A DNA stretch of 64,000 nucleotides, taken from assembly GCF_009914755.1 (NCBI RefSeq), contig NC_060942.1; one strand, written 5' to 3'. Position 1 is the first letter of the stretch. Every line of letters starts with the position of its first letter. The translations under genes were made by a program, and so were the position numbers. This DNA comes from the human T2T-CHM13v2.0 reference genome, Homo sapiens. A model generated the notes under the pieces. That model saw only the letters and a list, made by a program, of their open reading frames with translations. It had not been told where the DNA came from and made no database searches. This document shows positions 50,409 through 64,000 of the stretch, piece by piece.

Positions 50409-53400
50409 GAGAGATGGAGGCAAGATGGCCGACTAGACCAGCTAGGAGGAACATCTGCCACCGAGGGACTGGGAGACCAAGAAGACTAATGCATTCTGCA
50501 GAGATCCTTGGAAGGAGAGCATTTAGAGCAAATGGAGGGAAAGCACAAATGCTGGGCTGAGCAGAGAGAAAGTTGAGAACCATGCATGGGATTACAGCAC
50601 ACGAGGACTTGTTCCTGGCCACCAAAGACTCTTGGGAAAGGTGTGAGTTGAACAGGTAGCAACCTGCTCTGTCCATGGGCCTCTGGAATCCTGGCAGCAG
50701 TAGACACAACACCCCCCATGGACAGTCGCGCTGGGACAGAAGAGCTGCTTAGAGAGGTGGAGGAGGCAGGACTCCAGCCTGTGTGGAGCCCGGAGGTTTT
50801 GGTCCAGCAACCTCTGCAGTGGAGCATGGCCAGGGACACCCTAGGGGAACTGTCAGACTTGAACAGAGCAAGGTGATGTTGCTTGTTAGATGGGGCCAGT
50901 TCAACCTGAGAACCCTTCTGTCTGGTGGCCTCTCCAGGGACTCCAGCCTGGCCATGACTGCTTGTAATGCAGCCTCAGTAGCCCAACTGTTGTGCCTCCC
51001 AGGGCCCACATCATGGCCCCTGTGCTGGCAGACCACACCTGACCAAAGGCAAGCCCCAGCAGAGAGGCCCCCTCTGCCACATACCAGTCCATACGTGCCC
51101 TCTTCCCACTGCAGCCTCCCCCATGCCACTTTGCAAGCATCCATTAACCCATGGCCACCCCATCCCATTATTTTGCTAGTACGTGTATGCACAAGCGAAC
51201 CCCCCTTCCCCTTCCCCACTGGCAGGTGGGTGCACATGCAGCCCACCGTGTCATTGCTGCCAGCATGAGCACAGTGACCATCCCCATGATGCCGCTCCTC
51301 TGTGCTGCTGTTGCCTGCCTGAACAGGAGCACAGACACCAGTGACCCTGCCCCATGCACTGCCACTGCTGCAGGTGTGATCACTTGCAGGGGGATTGACA
51401 GATCTGTGTCTGCCAGGGCCCCACCCCTGTGGTGACTCCTTTGTGGATGCCAAGGCACACAGGGATGCTAGTGGCCCCAACCTTCATCCCCACTCCTCCT
51501 TTTCCACTCCCTGTGCCACCATCACCACAGCTGCCAATGGCCCTATGGAGGCTGGCAGCCTTAAGCCAGCTAGCTCCCCTCCCCAGCTGACAATCATGCA
51601 CCTCCTTGTACTGCCAATTCTCACATCCCCACTTCTGCTGGCGTGTGGGAATGCGCACAGATTCTGCTACCACTGCTTGGTGAAGCGCTTTGGCTGGCAC
51701 TACCCTTTGTAGTGTTATGGCTAGGGTCTGAGAATACCTGGGCTCCTTCAGTTGGCAGGTTTCAAACTTTGAGAAGCCAGAGAACAAAGCCGAGGGCTCA
51801 ATACCACCTTCCCCGAGTTTGAGCACACATCCCAGAACGGCTGAGCTGAGCCTTGGCCCGCCTCAAAAATCTACCAAAAACAAGGCCAGTCAACTAAACC
51901 CACCTTATACCACAATCAAACACCCAAGGACATAAAAGAAGATAAAAGAAAAAAAACAACAACAACATGAAAATTCATCTAAAGGATAGCAACTTCAAAG
52001 ACTAAAGAGACATCAGCCAGAAAGCTGAGAAAGAACCAGCTGAAGAACTCTGGCAACTCAAAAAGCCAGAGTGTCTTCTTATCGCCAGACGATCTCACTA
52101 GTTCCCCTAAATAGTTCTTAACTAAGCTGAAATGGCTGAAGTGAAATGAATATAATTTGAATATGGATAAGAACAAAGAAAATTGACCTTCAGGAGAAAG
52201 TTGAAATGCAATCCAGGGAATCTGAGGAATACAAGAAAACGATACAGGAGATGAAAGATGACATTTTCATTTTAAGAAAGAACCAAACTGAGCTCATAGA
52301 GATGAAAAGTTTACTTCAAAAATGTCAGAATACAAACAAAAATGTCAGAATAACAAGCATTGATAGCACAATTGACCAAGTGGCAGAAAGAATCTCAGAA
52401 CTCGAAGACCTGCTCTTCAAAATAACACAGTCAGACAAAATAAATAACTAAATAGATAGATAAAAAAATAAAGAAGAATGAACCAAACCTCAGAGAAATA
52501 TAGGATTACATAAAGAGACCTATATGTAACTCATTGGCATCCCTGAGAGAAAGCAAGCAACTTGGAAAGCATATTTCAGGATATTGTCCATGAAAATTTC
52601 CTCAACCTCGCTAGGGAGGCCAACATTCAAATTCAGGAAAGGCCGAGAACCTAGACCACAGGAAGACCATCCCTAGACACGTAATAATCAGACCCTCCAA
52701 GGTCACAATGAAAGAAAAAATATTAAAGGCAGCTAGAGAGAAGGAGCAGGTTACCTACAAAGAGAAACGCATCAGGCTAACAGTGGACCTTTCAGTAGAA
52801 ACTTTACAAGCCAGAAGAGAATAGGGTGCTATATTCAGCATTATTAAAGAAAATAATTTCCAACCAAGAATTTCATCTCCAGTCAAACTAAGCTTCATAA
52901 GAGAAGGGGAAATAAGATCCTTTCCAGACAAGCAAATGCTAAGACATTTTGTTACGACCAGACCTCCCTTATAAGAGGTCTTGAAGGGAGTGCTAAATAA
53001 ACAGAAAGGAAAGGCTGTTACCAACCGATACAAACACACACTTAAGTACATAGACCAGTGAGGCTACAAAGCAGATACACAAAGAAGTCTGCCAAATAAC
53101 CAGCTAGCAACATGAAGACAGATAAAATTCAAACATATCAATACTAACCTTGAATGTAAATAGGCTAAATGCCCCAAGAAAATGACAGAGTGGCAAGTTG
53201 GATGAAGACGAATGACCCAATGGTATGTGATCTTCAGGAGACACATCTCACACACAATGACACATAGAGGCTCAAAATAAAGAGGTGGAGGAAAATTTAC
53301 CAAGCAAACAGAAAACAGAAAAAAGCAAGGACTGCTAATCTAATTTCAGACAAAATAGACGGTAAACCCCCAAAGATTAAAAAATACAAAGAAAGACATT

Positions 53401-56195
53401 ACATAACAATAAAGGCTCGATTCAATAAGAAGACCTAACTGTTCTAAACATACATGCATCCAACAAAGGAGCATCCAGATTGATAAATCAAGTTTTTGGA
53501 GACATAGTAAAAGACTAAGTAAACCACACAATAATAGTGGAAGATTTCAACACCACATTGACGATATTAGACAGATCATCGAGGCAGAAAGCTAACAGTG
53601 ATATTCAGGACCTGAATTTGACACTTGATCAAATGGATCAAATGGATCAAATAGATATCTACAGAAAACTCCACCAAAGAACAACAGAATATAGATTTTT
53701 CTCATCTGCACATGGCACATATTCTAAAATAGACCACATAATTGGACATAAAACAATTCTCATCATGTTCAAAAAAGGGAAATTCATACCAACCACACTC
53801 TCAGACCACAGTGCAATAAAAAAGTAAAAACCAATGCAAAGAGAATTGTCCAATGCCATATAATTACATGGAAATTAAACAACCTGTTTCTGAATGACTT
53901 TTGGGAAAATAATGAGAATAAGTTGGAAATCAAGACATTTTTTCAAACTAACGAGAACAAAGATACAACATACCAGAATATCTAAGACACACTTAAGGCT
54001 ATATTAAGAGGGAATTTCATGCCCATGTCAAAAAGTCAGAGAGATCTCAAATTAACAACCAAATTTCACAACTAGAAGTACTAGAGATACAAGAGCAATC
54101 CAACCTGAAAGCTAGTGAAGGACAAGAAATGACCAAAATTGAACCTGAACTAAACGAAATTGAGAAGTGAAAAAAATCATACAAAAAAATCAGTGAATCC
54201 AGGAGTTGCTTTTGTGAACAAATTAATAAGATAGACTCCTAGCTAGACAAAAAGAGAAGATCCAAATAAATACAATCAGAAATGGCAGAGTACAAGACCA
54301 TGACTCCATAGAAATGCAAATCTACTATGCAGTTTTTGCAGAGATTAGTATGAATACCTCTATTTACACAAGCTAGAAAATCTGGAGGAAATAGATAAAT
54401 TCCTAGACACATACAACCTTTCGGGATTGAACCAGAAAGAAATTGAATTCCTGAACAGACCAATAATGAGTTCTGAAATTGAATCAGTAATAAAAAGCCT
54501 GCCAACCAAACAATTTCAGGACCAGAGGGGTTCACGTCAAATTCTGTCAGATGTAAAAGAAGAGCTGGTACCATTCCTTATGAAGCTATTCCAAAAAATC
54601 GAGAAGAGGGGACTCTTCCTTAACTCCTTCGGAGTCCAGCATCATCCTGACACAAAAAATTGGCAAAGATACAACAATAAAAAAGGAAGTCTTCAGGTCA
54701 ATAACCTTGATGAACATAGGTGCGAAAGTCCCCAACAAAATGCCAAGAAATCAAATTCAGCATCCCAGCAAAAAGCTAATCCACCATGATCAAGTAGATC
54801 TTATCCCTGGGCATGCAAGTTAGTTTAACATATGGAAATCAACAAATGTGATTCATCACATAAAAATAACAAAAAACAAAATTCATATGATCAAGTTAAT
54901 AGATGTAGAAAAGGGTTTTGATAAAATTCAAAATCTTTTCATGTTAAAATCCCTCAACAAAGCATTGAAGGTACATACTTCAAAATAATAAGGGCCATCT
55001 ATGACAAAATCACAGCCAACATTATACTGAATGGGCAAAAGCTAGACACATACCCCTTGAAAATCAAAATAGGGCAAATGTACCTGCTATCACCACTTCT
55101 ATTCTACAGGGTACTAGAAGTTCTGGCCACAGCAATCAGGCAAGATATAGAAATAACAGGAATCAAGTAGGAAGTGAAGATGTCAAAGTATCTCTCCTTG
55201 CAGACAATGTGACTCCATACCTAGAAAAACCCATAGTCTCTGCCCAAAAGCTCCTTGATATGATAAGCAGCTTCAGGAAAGTTTCAGGATACAAAATCAA
55301 TGTACAAAAATTAGTAGCATTTCTATATACCGACAACACCCAAACTGAGAAATCAAGAATTCAATCCCATTCACAATAGCAACAAAAAGAAGAAAATATA
55401 TACCTAGGAATGCATCTAACCAGAGAGGTAAAATATCTCTACAACAAGAATTACAAAACACTGCTCAAAGAAATCAGAGGTGACACAAACGAACAGAAAA
55501 CCATTCTATGCTCACGGATAGGAAGACTCAGTATTGTTAAAATGGTCATACTGCCTGAAGCAATTTATAGATGCATTGTTATTGCTATCAAACTATCAAT
55601 TAATTCTTCACAGAATGAGAATAAAACTGTCTTACAATGTAAATGAAACTAAACAAGAGTGTGAATAGCCAAGGCAATCCTAAGCAAAAAGAATAAAACT
55701 TAAGGCATCACTTTACCTGCCTTCAAATTTTACTAGAAGCCGATAGTAACCAAAACATCATGGAACTGATACAAAAACAAACTCATAGACCAATGGAACA
55801 GAAAAGAGATCCCAGAAATAAGGCCACATGCCTACGACCATCTGATCTTTGACAAAGTTTGCAAAAACAAGCAATAGAAAGAGGACTCTCCAGTCATAAA
55901 AAGTGCTAGGATAACTGGCTGGTCATAGACATAAGATTGAAATTGGACCTCTTTCCTTATGCCATATAAAAAAATAAACTCGAGATAGATTCAAGACTTA
56001 AATGTAAAGCCTAACATTATAAAAACCCTGAAAGATAACCTAGGAAACACCATTCTGCACATAGGACCAGGCAAACATTTTCTGTTAAAGACTCTAAGCA
56101 ATTGCAAACCAAAACATAAATAGACAAATGAGATCTCGTTAAACTAAAGTGATTCTGCACAGTAATATAAACTATCAACAGAGTAAACAGGCAAT
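50409..56195 (+). mobile_element. L1PA13-16/L1PREC2-like element: 5' UTR, ORF1 and ORF2, broken before its 3' end
   Basis: Starts gagagatggaggcaagatggccgactag, with a GC-rich 5' UTR of about 1.5 kb. ORF1 remnants (IDQVAERISELED, KEKILKAAREK); ORF2 remnants (FFSSAHGTYSKIDH, EIESVIKSLP, YKTLLKEI). Stops at agagtaaacaggcaa. Confidence 0.93.
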
Positions 56196-56815
56196 CCCAT
56201 AACCATTAAGCAGTCGCTCCCTATTTGCTCCTTCCCCCACCCCTGGCAAACACTAATCTGCTTTCTGTTTTTATGAATTTACCTATTCTGGACATTTCAT
56301 ACAAATAGATTCACAATATGTGAACTTTTGTCTGTTTTTTCACTTAGTATAATAATTTTCAAGGTTCATCCATACTTTAGCATAATCAGTATTTTATCCT
56401 TTTATATCTAAATCATATTTTGTTATGTAAATATACCTAATTTTGATTTTCTGTTTACAGTTGATGAACATTTAAGCTATTTCTACATTTTGGCAATTTT
56501 TAACAATACTTTTATGATCAACCATGTATAACTTTATTTTAACATCTGAGTTCTATTCTTTTGGTAGAATAACTGGGTTGTGTGATAATTTTTTATTTAA
56601 TTTATTGAGGTACTGCTAAACTGCTTTCCATTCAGACAGTACCATTTTTGGATTCCCACCAATATGTAAGGGTTGCAATTTCCCCACTTCATCACCAACA
56701 TTTGTTATATTCAATTTTTTAAAGAAATTATACATATCTTGGTAGATATGTAGTGGATTTGATTTCATGTCTCTAATGAGTAATGACATTAAGCATCCTT
56801 TCATGTGCTTGTTGA
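56196..56815 (-). mobile_element. L1MB (MB7/8-like) 3' region lacking its terminus
   Basis: cattaagcagtcgctccc...cctggcaaacactaatctgctttctgt...cctattctggacatttcata...aagcatcctttcatgtgcttgttg. Confidence 0.8.
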
Positions 56816-56829
56816 CACAAGATCTTTTT

Positions 56830-57262
56830 AAAAAACATTTTTGATAATTATTTTTAAGTTCCTGAAAACTACAAACATACTCTGTATAATTTCAATATTT
56901 TCACATATATTGATATTTGTTTTCTACCTCTGTTTATAGTATATCCTGCAGAGTATACCATGTACCCTTAAAATAATATATATTCTGCATATTTCAGAGT
57001 ATTGTTATATAAATCTAAGGTTAATGTTTGATGGGTTGCACAAATATTCTATTTTTTTTCTAATTGTCTACACCTTGGTACTATCAATTACTGACTGTTT
57101 AAGATTGATAATTCTACTTTTCATCTATATCTCCTTTAAGTTGTGTCACCATTTATTTCATGTCTTTTGAAGCTCTGCTTTTAGGTATAAACACACATAT
57201 GATTGTTACATCTTAGGATATTGTAACTTTTATCAATATGAAATGTCCCTCTTTATTGCTGA
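56830..57262 (-). mobile_element. Old L1M endonuclease fragment continuing the element at 49965-50395, inverted
   Basis: The reverse complement reads ataaagagggacatttcatattgataaaag...cctaaaagcagagcttcaaaagacatgaa (KEGHFILIK...RASK), the ORF2 segment directly after KIDFK. Confidence 0.75.
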
Positions 57263-57270
57263 CAATTCCC

Positions 57271-57586
57271 TTTTTTAACTTTTATTTTAGATGCAGGGGT
57301 ATATGGGCACGTTTGTTATATAGATAAATTGTGTGTCATGGGGGTTTGGTTTACAGATTATTCTGTCACCCACATAATAAGCATAATACCCCATAGGTAG
57401 TTTTTCAATCCTTATTCTCCTTCTACCCTCTACCTTCAAATAGGCCCCTGTGTCTATTTTTCCCTACTTTATGAACAAATTTACTCAATGTTTAGTTCCC
57501 ACTTATAAGCGAGAATATGTCATATTTGGTTTTCCATTTCTGCATTAGTTCACTTAGGATACTGGCCTCCAGCTCCATTCATGTTG
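57271..57586 (-). mobile_element. L1PA13-16/L1PREC2-like 3' end with tail
   Basis: ttttttaacttttattttagatgcaggggt...gtcatgggggtttggtttacagattatt...cccacttataagcgagaat...ggcctccagctccattcatgttg. Confidence 0.9.
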
Positions 57587-58130
57587 GCTCCTTGTTCTTA
57601 TGCAAATTTCTGCAGAATTGAGTTTCTCCTCAGAAAATGGGTTTTTCTTTTCTTTTGCATTGTCAGTCTGCAAATTTTCCAAGCTTTTTATGCCCTGCTT
57701 CCCTTTTAAACATAAGTTCCAATTTCAGATGATCTCTCTCAGGTACAAAGTTCCACAGATCTCGAGGGCAAGGGTAAAATGCTGACAGTCTCTTTGCTAA
57801 AGGATAGCAAAAGTGACCTTTGCTCCAGTTCTCAATATATTCCTCATTTCCATCTGAGACCACTTCAACCTGGACTTTATTGTCCATATCACTATGAGCA
57901 TTTTGGTCAAAGCCATTCAGTAAGTCTCTAGGAAGTTCCAAACTTTCCTACATCTTCCTGCCTTCTGAGCCCTCCAAATCTCTAGGAAGTTCCACACTTT
58001 CCCACATTTTCCTGTCTTCTTCTGAGCCCTCCAAACTGTCTCAACCTCTGCATGTTATGCAGTTTCAAGGTCGCTTCCACATTTGCTGGTAACCTTATAG
58101 CAGTGCCCCACTACCTCAGTACCAATTTAC
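57587..58130 (-). mobile_element. THE1-int 5' portion, truncated
   Basis: gctccttgttcttatgcaaatttctgcag...ctcctcagaaaatgggttttt...catttccatctgagaccac...gtaccaatttac next to the LTR. Confidence 0.9.
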
Positions 58131-58497
58131 TGTATTAGTCCATTCTCACACTGCTCTTAAGAAATACCAGATACTGGGTAATTTATAAAGGAAAGAGGTC
58201 TAATTGAATTACAGTTCTACATTGCTGGGGAGGCCTCAGGAAACTTACAATCATGGCAGAAGGCAAAGGAGAAGCATGCACCTTCTTTGCAGGGTTGCAG
58301 GATGGAGTTAGTGCAAGCAGGCAAATTGCCTGATACTTGTCAAACCATCAGAGCTCTTGAGACTCACTCACTATCACAAGAACAGCATGAGGGAAATTGA
58401 TCCCATGATCTGATTACCTCCACCTGGTCCTACCCTTGCACATGGGGATTACAATTCAAGATGAGAGTTTGTGTGAGGACACAGCCGAAACATATCA
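58131..58497 (-). mobile_element. THE1 (D-like) LTR
   Basis: tgtattagtccattctcacactgct...ggcctcaggaaacttacaatcatggcagaaggc...ggacacagccgaaacatatca. Confidence 0.93.
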
Positions 58498-58539
58498 CTC
58501 TTAATTATTTTTCCCTGTTTCACCTGTTTATGCTGTAGC

Positions 58540-59695
<1,156 letters not shown>

Positions 59696-59699
59696 GCAA

Positions 59700-59998
59700 T
59701 TTTTTTTTTTTTTTTTTGAGACGGAGTCTCGCTCTGTTGCCTAGGCTGGAATACAGCGGCGCAATCTCGGCTCACTGCAACTCTGCCTTCTGGGTTCAAG
59801 CAATTCTCCTGTCTTAGCCTCCTGAATAGCTGGGACTCCAGGTGCACGCTGCCATGCCCGGCTAATTTTTTATATTTTAGTAGAGACGGGATTTCACCGT
59901 GGTGCCCAGGCTGGTTGCGAACTCCTGAGCTCAGGCAATCCACCTGCCTTGGCCTCCCAAAGTGCTGGGATTACAGGCATGAGGCACCATGCCCAGCT
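59700..59998 (-). mobile_element. AluS
   Basis: Poly-T then gagacggagtctcgctctg...ctcctgagctcaggcaatccacctgcc...catgcccagct. Confidence 0.96.
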
Positions 59999-60211
59999 GA
60001 GAAAATTTTCAAAGTAAATAAATAAATAAATAAATAAACATATATATATATATATATAATTTCTGGGATCAGTTGTTGTGTATTTGAACACACACACACA
60101 TGCACATACATTAGGGGCTTTATTGGGTTGGGAAACAATAAAGAAGACAGAAGGCATAAAGACAGAAGTTGAATGACATTTTGGAGATAATGTAGGTAAA
60201 CAATGTTGTAA

Positions 60212-60881
60212 ATCTGGAAACAAAAGATGCTGGAGAGGATGTGGAGAAACAGAAATGCTTTTTCACTGTTGGTGGGAGTATAAATTGGTTCAACCATTGT
60301 GGAACACAGTGTGGCAATTCCTCAAGGATCTAGAACCAGAAATACCTTTTGACCCAGCAATCCATTCCTGGGTATATATCCAAAGGATTATAAATCATTC
60401 TACTATAAAGACACATGCACAGGTATGTTTATTGCAGCACTATTCACAATAGGGAAGGCTTGGAACCAACCCAAATGCCCATCAATGATAGACTGGATAA
60501 AGAAAATATGGCACATACACAACCATGGAATATTATGCATCCATAAAAACGGATGAGTTCATGTCCCTTGCAAGGACATGGATGAAGCTGGAAACCATCA
60601 TTCTCAGCAAACTAATGCAAGAACAGAAAACTAAACACCTCATGTTCTCACTCATAAATGTGAGTTGAACAATAAGAACACATGGACACAGGGAAGGGAA
60701 TGTCACACACTGGGGCCTGTCAGGGGTAGGGGACTAGGGGAGGGACAGCATTAGGACAAATACCAAATTAGATGGTGGGTTGATGTGTGCAACAAACCAC
60801 CATAGCACGTGTATACCTATGTAACAAACCTGCACGTTCTGCACATGTATCCCAGAACTTAAAGTATAATAATAAAAAAAA
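60212..60881 (+). mobile_element. L1PA (PA6-8-like) 3' end
   Basis: gatgctggagaggatgtggagaaa...ctcaaggatctagaaccagaaatacc...cccagaacttaaagtataataataaaaaaaa. Degenerate TSD aa(t/a)gttgta(a/c)atc. Confidence 0.93.
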
Positions 60882-62149
60882 GTTGTACATCCTGTATACA
60901 TTAGGCGATTTTGTTTTTACCACTTACTTTTTTTTGACATCAAGTTTAAGACATGAAAAACTGAATTTTTAATAATGTTGACAAAGTTATGGCAGGTTTT
61001 TAAATTTACTGTTGTATTATGTGCATATTTAATTGACATTTCATTTGAGTTCAATTCCATTTCTATTTCTTATTGCAAGTAAATGATTCTAGCAGTTAAT
61101 TTTCACATTTAACTTTCAAGAGCTTCAACAACTTTCAATCTGTGAAAACCAAGAGGCATGTAGAAAGTTAAAGATCCAAATAAACATAATAAATTATATG
61201 ACGATTGCTTGGTTAATGTTTTGAGGGAAAAATATTTAAAATTTTCTATTTGAAAAAAGTATGAGCAATTATTATGTGGTCTGAATTCCTAGTTAGCTTT
61301 CACATTTATGTGACAAAAAAGTTAAGTGAGTAAATGCTCTTTACTGATAATATTTATCTCAATGAAATACTAATTAAACTGTTTTCAGAATCTGAAATTT
61401 TAAATTCTCCATCACTGAAACCTGCCTTCATGTAAAATGTTTTTGTATCACTGCCTTTTCCTAATTAGCATTTTCCTTCTGCTTTTTAATCTCTTTGACA
61501 TTGAGAGATGTTATAATGTCTCTAACTCGCATGTATTATAGTTGATTTTTAGATGAATACTTATATTTTAACATACAATGGTTAAAACTTAAGAATACCT
61601 ACACTTTGAAGATCTATGACAACAGAAACATTTGCAGAGATGGCTTCTTAATGAGATCCTTCCATCTTATAGAGCTATAAAGATCAATATATATTTGGTG
61701 ATAAGCTACAGAAGGCAAGATATTATTTAAAAAACAGAAATGAAACTTAATAGAGCTAGAATACGAGAAACAGTACTGACAATACCATGTAAAATATTTC
61801 TAAATAAAGATTACAAAGTAATAACAATATCTGAAATTAATATTATAAAACTTCAAAAAAGTCTAAATGATCAAATGGTGAAATTAAAAATAAAAGGAAG
61901 GAGAGTATTTAAATGGAGGCACATATGTTGAACGACCAGGCTGGTAAACCCATTCTATGCTGTTACTCTCAAAAAGGGTGTGGTCAATTGAGTGGAAAAA
62001 TCAGAAATACTAAATGACAGAGGACAAACAGAAATCAGGTTAGCAACTGCAGTAGCTGAAGTTAAAAGTTGCACAAAGAATAAACATTTGCAGTTGTCAA
62101 AAATGAATTAGAAAATTTTAGAGGAGTTAAGGCAGCATGACCTTTTAAA

Positions 62150-62280
62150 AGCACTTATTCATTGAACTCTTCAATAAATATTCATTAAGCGAACCTACTA
62201 GATATTGTCTTTGTTAGTACAAATAGAGTAGTGAACAAGTCAAATATCTCTCACTTCAGAGGCTTTACCATCTAGGAAAT
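62150..62280 (-). mobile_element. L2 3' end
   Basis: ttcaataaatattcattaagcgaacctacta...tagtgaacaag...ggctttaccatctag. Confidence 0.55.
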
Positions 62281-62631
62281 TTCTAGAAGCAATTCAGTTG
62301 AAAAAATTGAAACTCTTCATGATCAATAATAAGCTGGACTCAGTGTCCCAAGAAGCAGTGCCCTGGAAAAGGAAAACTGAGAGGATGGCTTAAACATCCT
62401 GTGTGTCATCCAGTCATAACAGGACTTTCCAGTTTAATGTCCATCTGAATATTTGTATTTATTATCCATGTATTCAATACCTTTGAATTTAATACCCTCT
62501 AATACCCATGTCTGATTAGGTATTTTTTCAAATTATAAGTGTTACAATTTCTGACTATAAAAACAACATACAGACATGGAAGAAACACCCTATTGCATAG
62601 AGAAGGAAATAAAAGTCAGCGGTAATCCATC

Positions 62632-63078
62632 TGTAGTGAATTGAAAATTGTCCCTTTGTTCCTCCCATAGTCACATCCACAGGACATTCAGAATGAGACA
62701 TTATTAGGAAATAGGGTCAGGGCTGATATAATGTGGATAAAAGTCTCTAGATAAAAGTCATCCTGGATAAAGTATGTCCTAAATCTCATGCCTTGTGACC
62801 TTAGAAAAGGAGAGGACACAAAGATGCAGAGAGAAATTCATATGAAGACAGAGACAGAGATTGGAGTGATGCTACCACAAGCCAAGGTATGCCAGGTACC
62901 ACCACGAACTGCAAGGGGCAATACAAGATTCTTTCCTAGAGCCTCAGGGGAAGTGCCCTACTAACATTTTGATTTTTAACATCTGGGGTGCCCCCAGTAC
63001 TATGAAACAATACATGTCTGTTGTTTGAAGCTATTCAGTTATTGATTTATGTCATGGTAGGCCTAGGAAGCTAATATA
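62632..63078 (+). mobile_element. MLT1C/D-like solo LTR
   Basis: tgtagtgaattgaa...gaagacagagacagagattggagtgatgctaccacaagccaagg...cctaggaagctaatata. Confidence 0.85.
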
Positions 63079-64000
63079 TCAATTAGAATGTCCATGATGT
63101 CTATTGTAAACTGTTTGAAATCCACATATTTTTGTATAAATACATTCACATATTTTCGTATAAATGCATTCAGGGAGAGAGAGAGTCGATAAATGCATAT
63201 TCAACTTTTAAAAAGAAGCTCTTCTTGAATTAAATTTGCAGTATTTTAAATAATTTGGTTAACTTGACTTAGACCTGTGAAATCACGGTGTGTCCTTTGT
63301 GGCCTGAATTCCTAGTTACAGGAAGAGGTAACAAAGAACAGAAAGAAATGAGCAGAGTAAACATAGCTAATGGCACAGAGGGCTCCTAGCAAAGAAAAGA
63401 GGGAAAGGGGAATTTAAACCCTTCTGAAGGAGTAATGTAGAAGAATTGAACTCTGAAACAGATATCTAATATATTCTGCACATAGTATATATATATAGAC
63501 ATAGTTGCAAAATGACTCCTGTTATTTCCAAAGCGTTAAGATACTTTGAAAACTTTTCTAGAAAGTTTTACCCCCTTTTTTAAATTCCCTGTAATCTGTG
63601 GTCTTTTATGGCTTGTTTCTTACCTGATGTGTTCTATCAAAAGCATTCAAACTAAAACTGTTGTTATGTTTGAAAATGAGGAAAACTGCTTTGGTATAAC
63701 AGTGTGGAATGTGAGCCGTGAATTACACCTTACAAAATGTTTCTAAAATCATAACATTGGCTCCCTACAAAGCTTCTGGGCATGTAATCATATCTCTTTC
63801 TCAGGTATATGTGGGAGGATGGGAAACCCAGGTCTGGAGGTAATTTACATATGTTAATATGAGGGAGAATAGAGAATAAGGGAGGAAACACCTAACACTT
63901 ACTTAATTTTGTTACCATTTTGAAAGCACTTGCTTTTTGAATTAGAACATGTTCCTGTAGAATTCACCCTACACATTCCAACCCATTTAAGAGTGAAAAT

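Noticed and set aside
50749-51480. Longest ORF (243 aa, minus strand) and overlapping 94-161 aa ORFs
   Set aside because: They lie in the GC-rich L1 5' UTR, where stop codons are rare. Several frames are open on both strands, with no recognisable domain and no evident similarity to L1 ORF0.
53627-53657. 9-bp unit x3 (gatcaaatg) in L1 ORF2; similar micro-duplications at 2559-2592, 25755-25780, 39845-39875 and 52320-52355
   Set aside because: Ordinary slippage duplications in neutral DNA. There are no spacers, so they are not CRISPR-like.
57924-58036. Tandem duplication of about 55 bp in THE1-int
   Set aside because: I recall this duplication in other THE1/MST internal sequences, so it is probably a family feature.

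Overview
This is AT-rich, CpG-depleted, repeat-dense primate genomic DNA, most likely human, and looks like a gene desert or deep intron. I find no intact protein-coding gene, RNA gene or CRISPR array. The supplied ORFs are fragments of repeats or pseudogenes, or chance ORFs. Main content: (i) an ancient, decayed ERVL-class provirus (about 4.1-9.5 kb) with recognisable RT, RNase H and integrase motifs; (ii) a full-length but dead Hsmar1 mariner with TIRs and TA TSDs (12907-14210); (iii) a 5'-truncated processed pseudogene of MTMR14 on the minus strand (34660-36404), copied from an exon-skipped isoform and joined without a poly(A) tail to an L1MC 3' end (I recall an MTMR14 pseudogene on human chr18, unverified); (iv) many L1, L2, MIR, Alu, MaLR, LTR18 and Tigger remnants. 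The least ordinary signals are structural fossils. One is a roughly 1.4 kb inversion with deletions at both ends, revealed by an inverted L1 target-site duplication (56.2-57.6 kb). Another is an irregular pyrimidine tract apparently copied over 11 kb into an L1 deletion junction. A third is the possible mRNA-L1 chimeric retrocopy. I see no evidence of a novel functional gene system. Repeat subfamily names come from remembered consensus sequences, and boundaries of old repeats are approximate.
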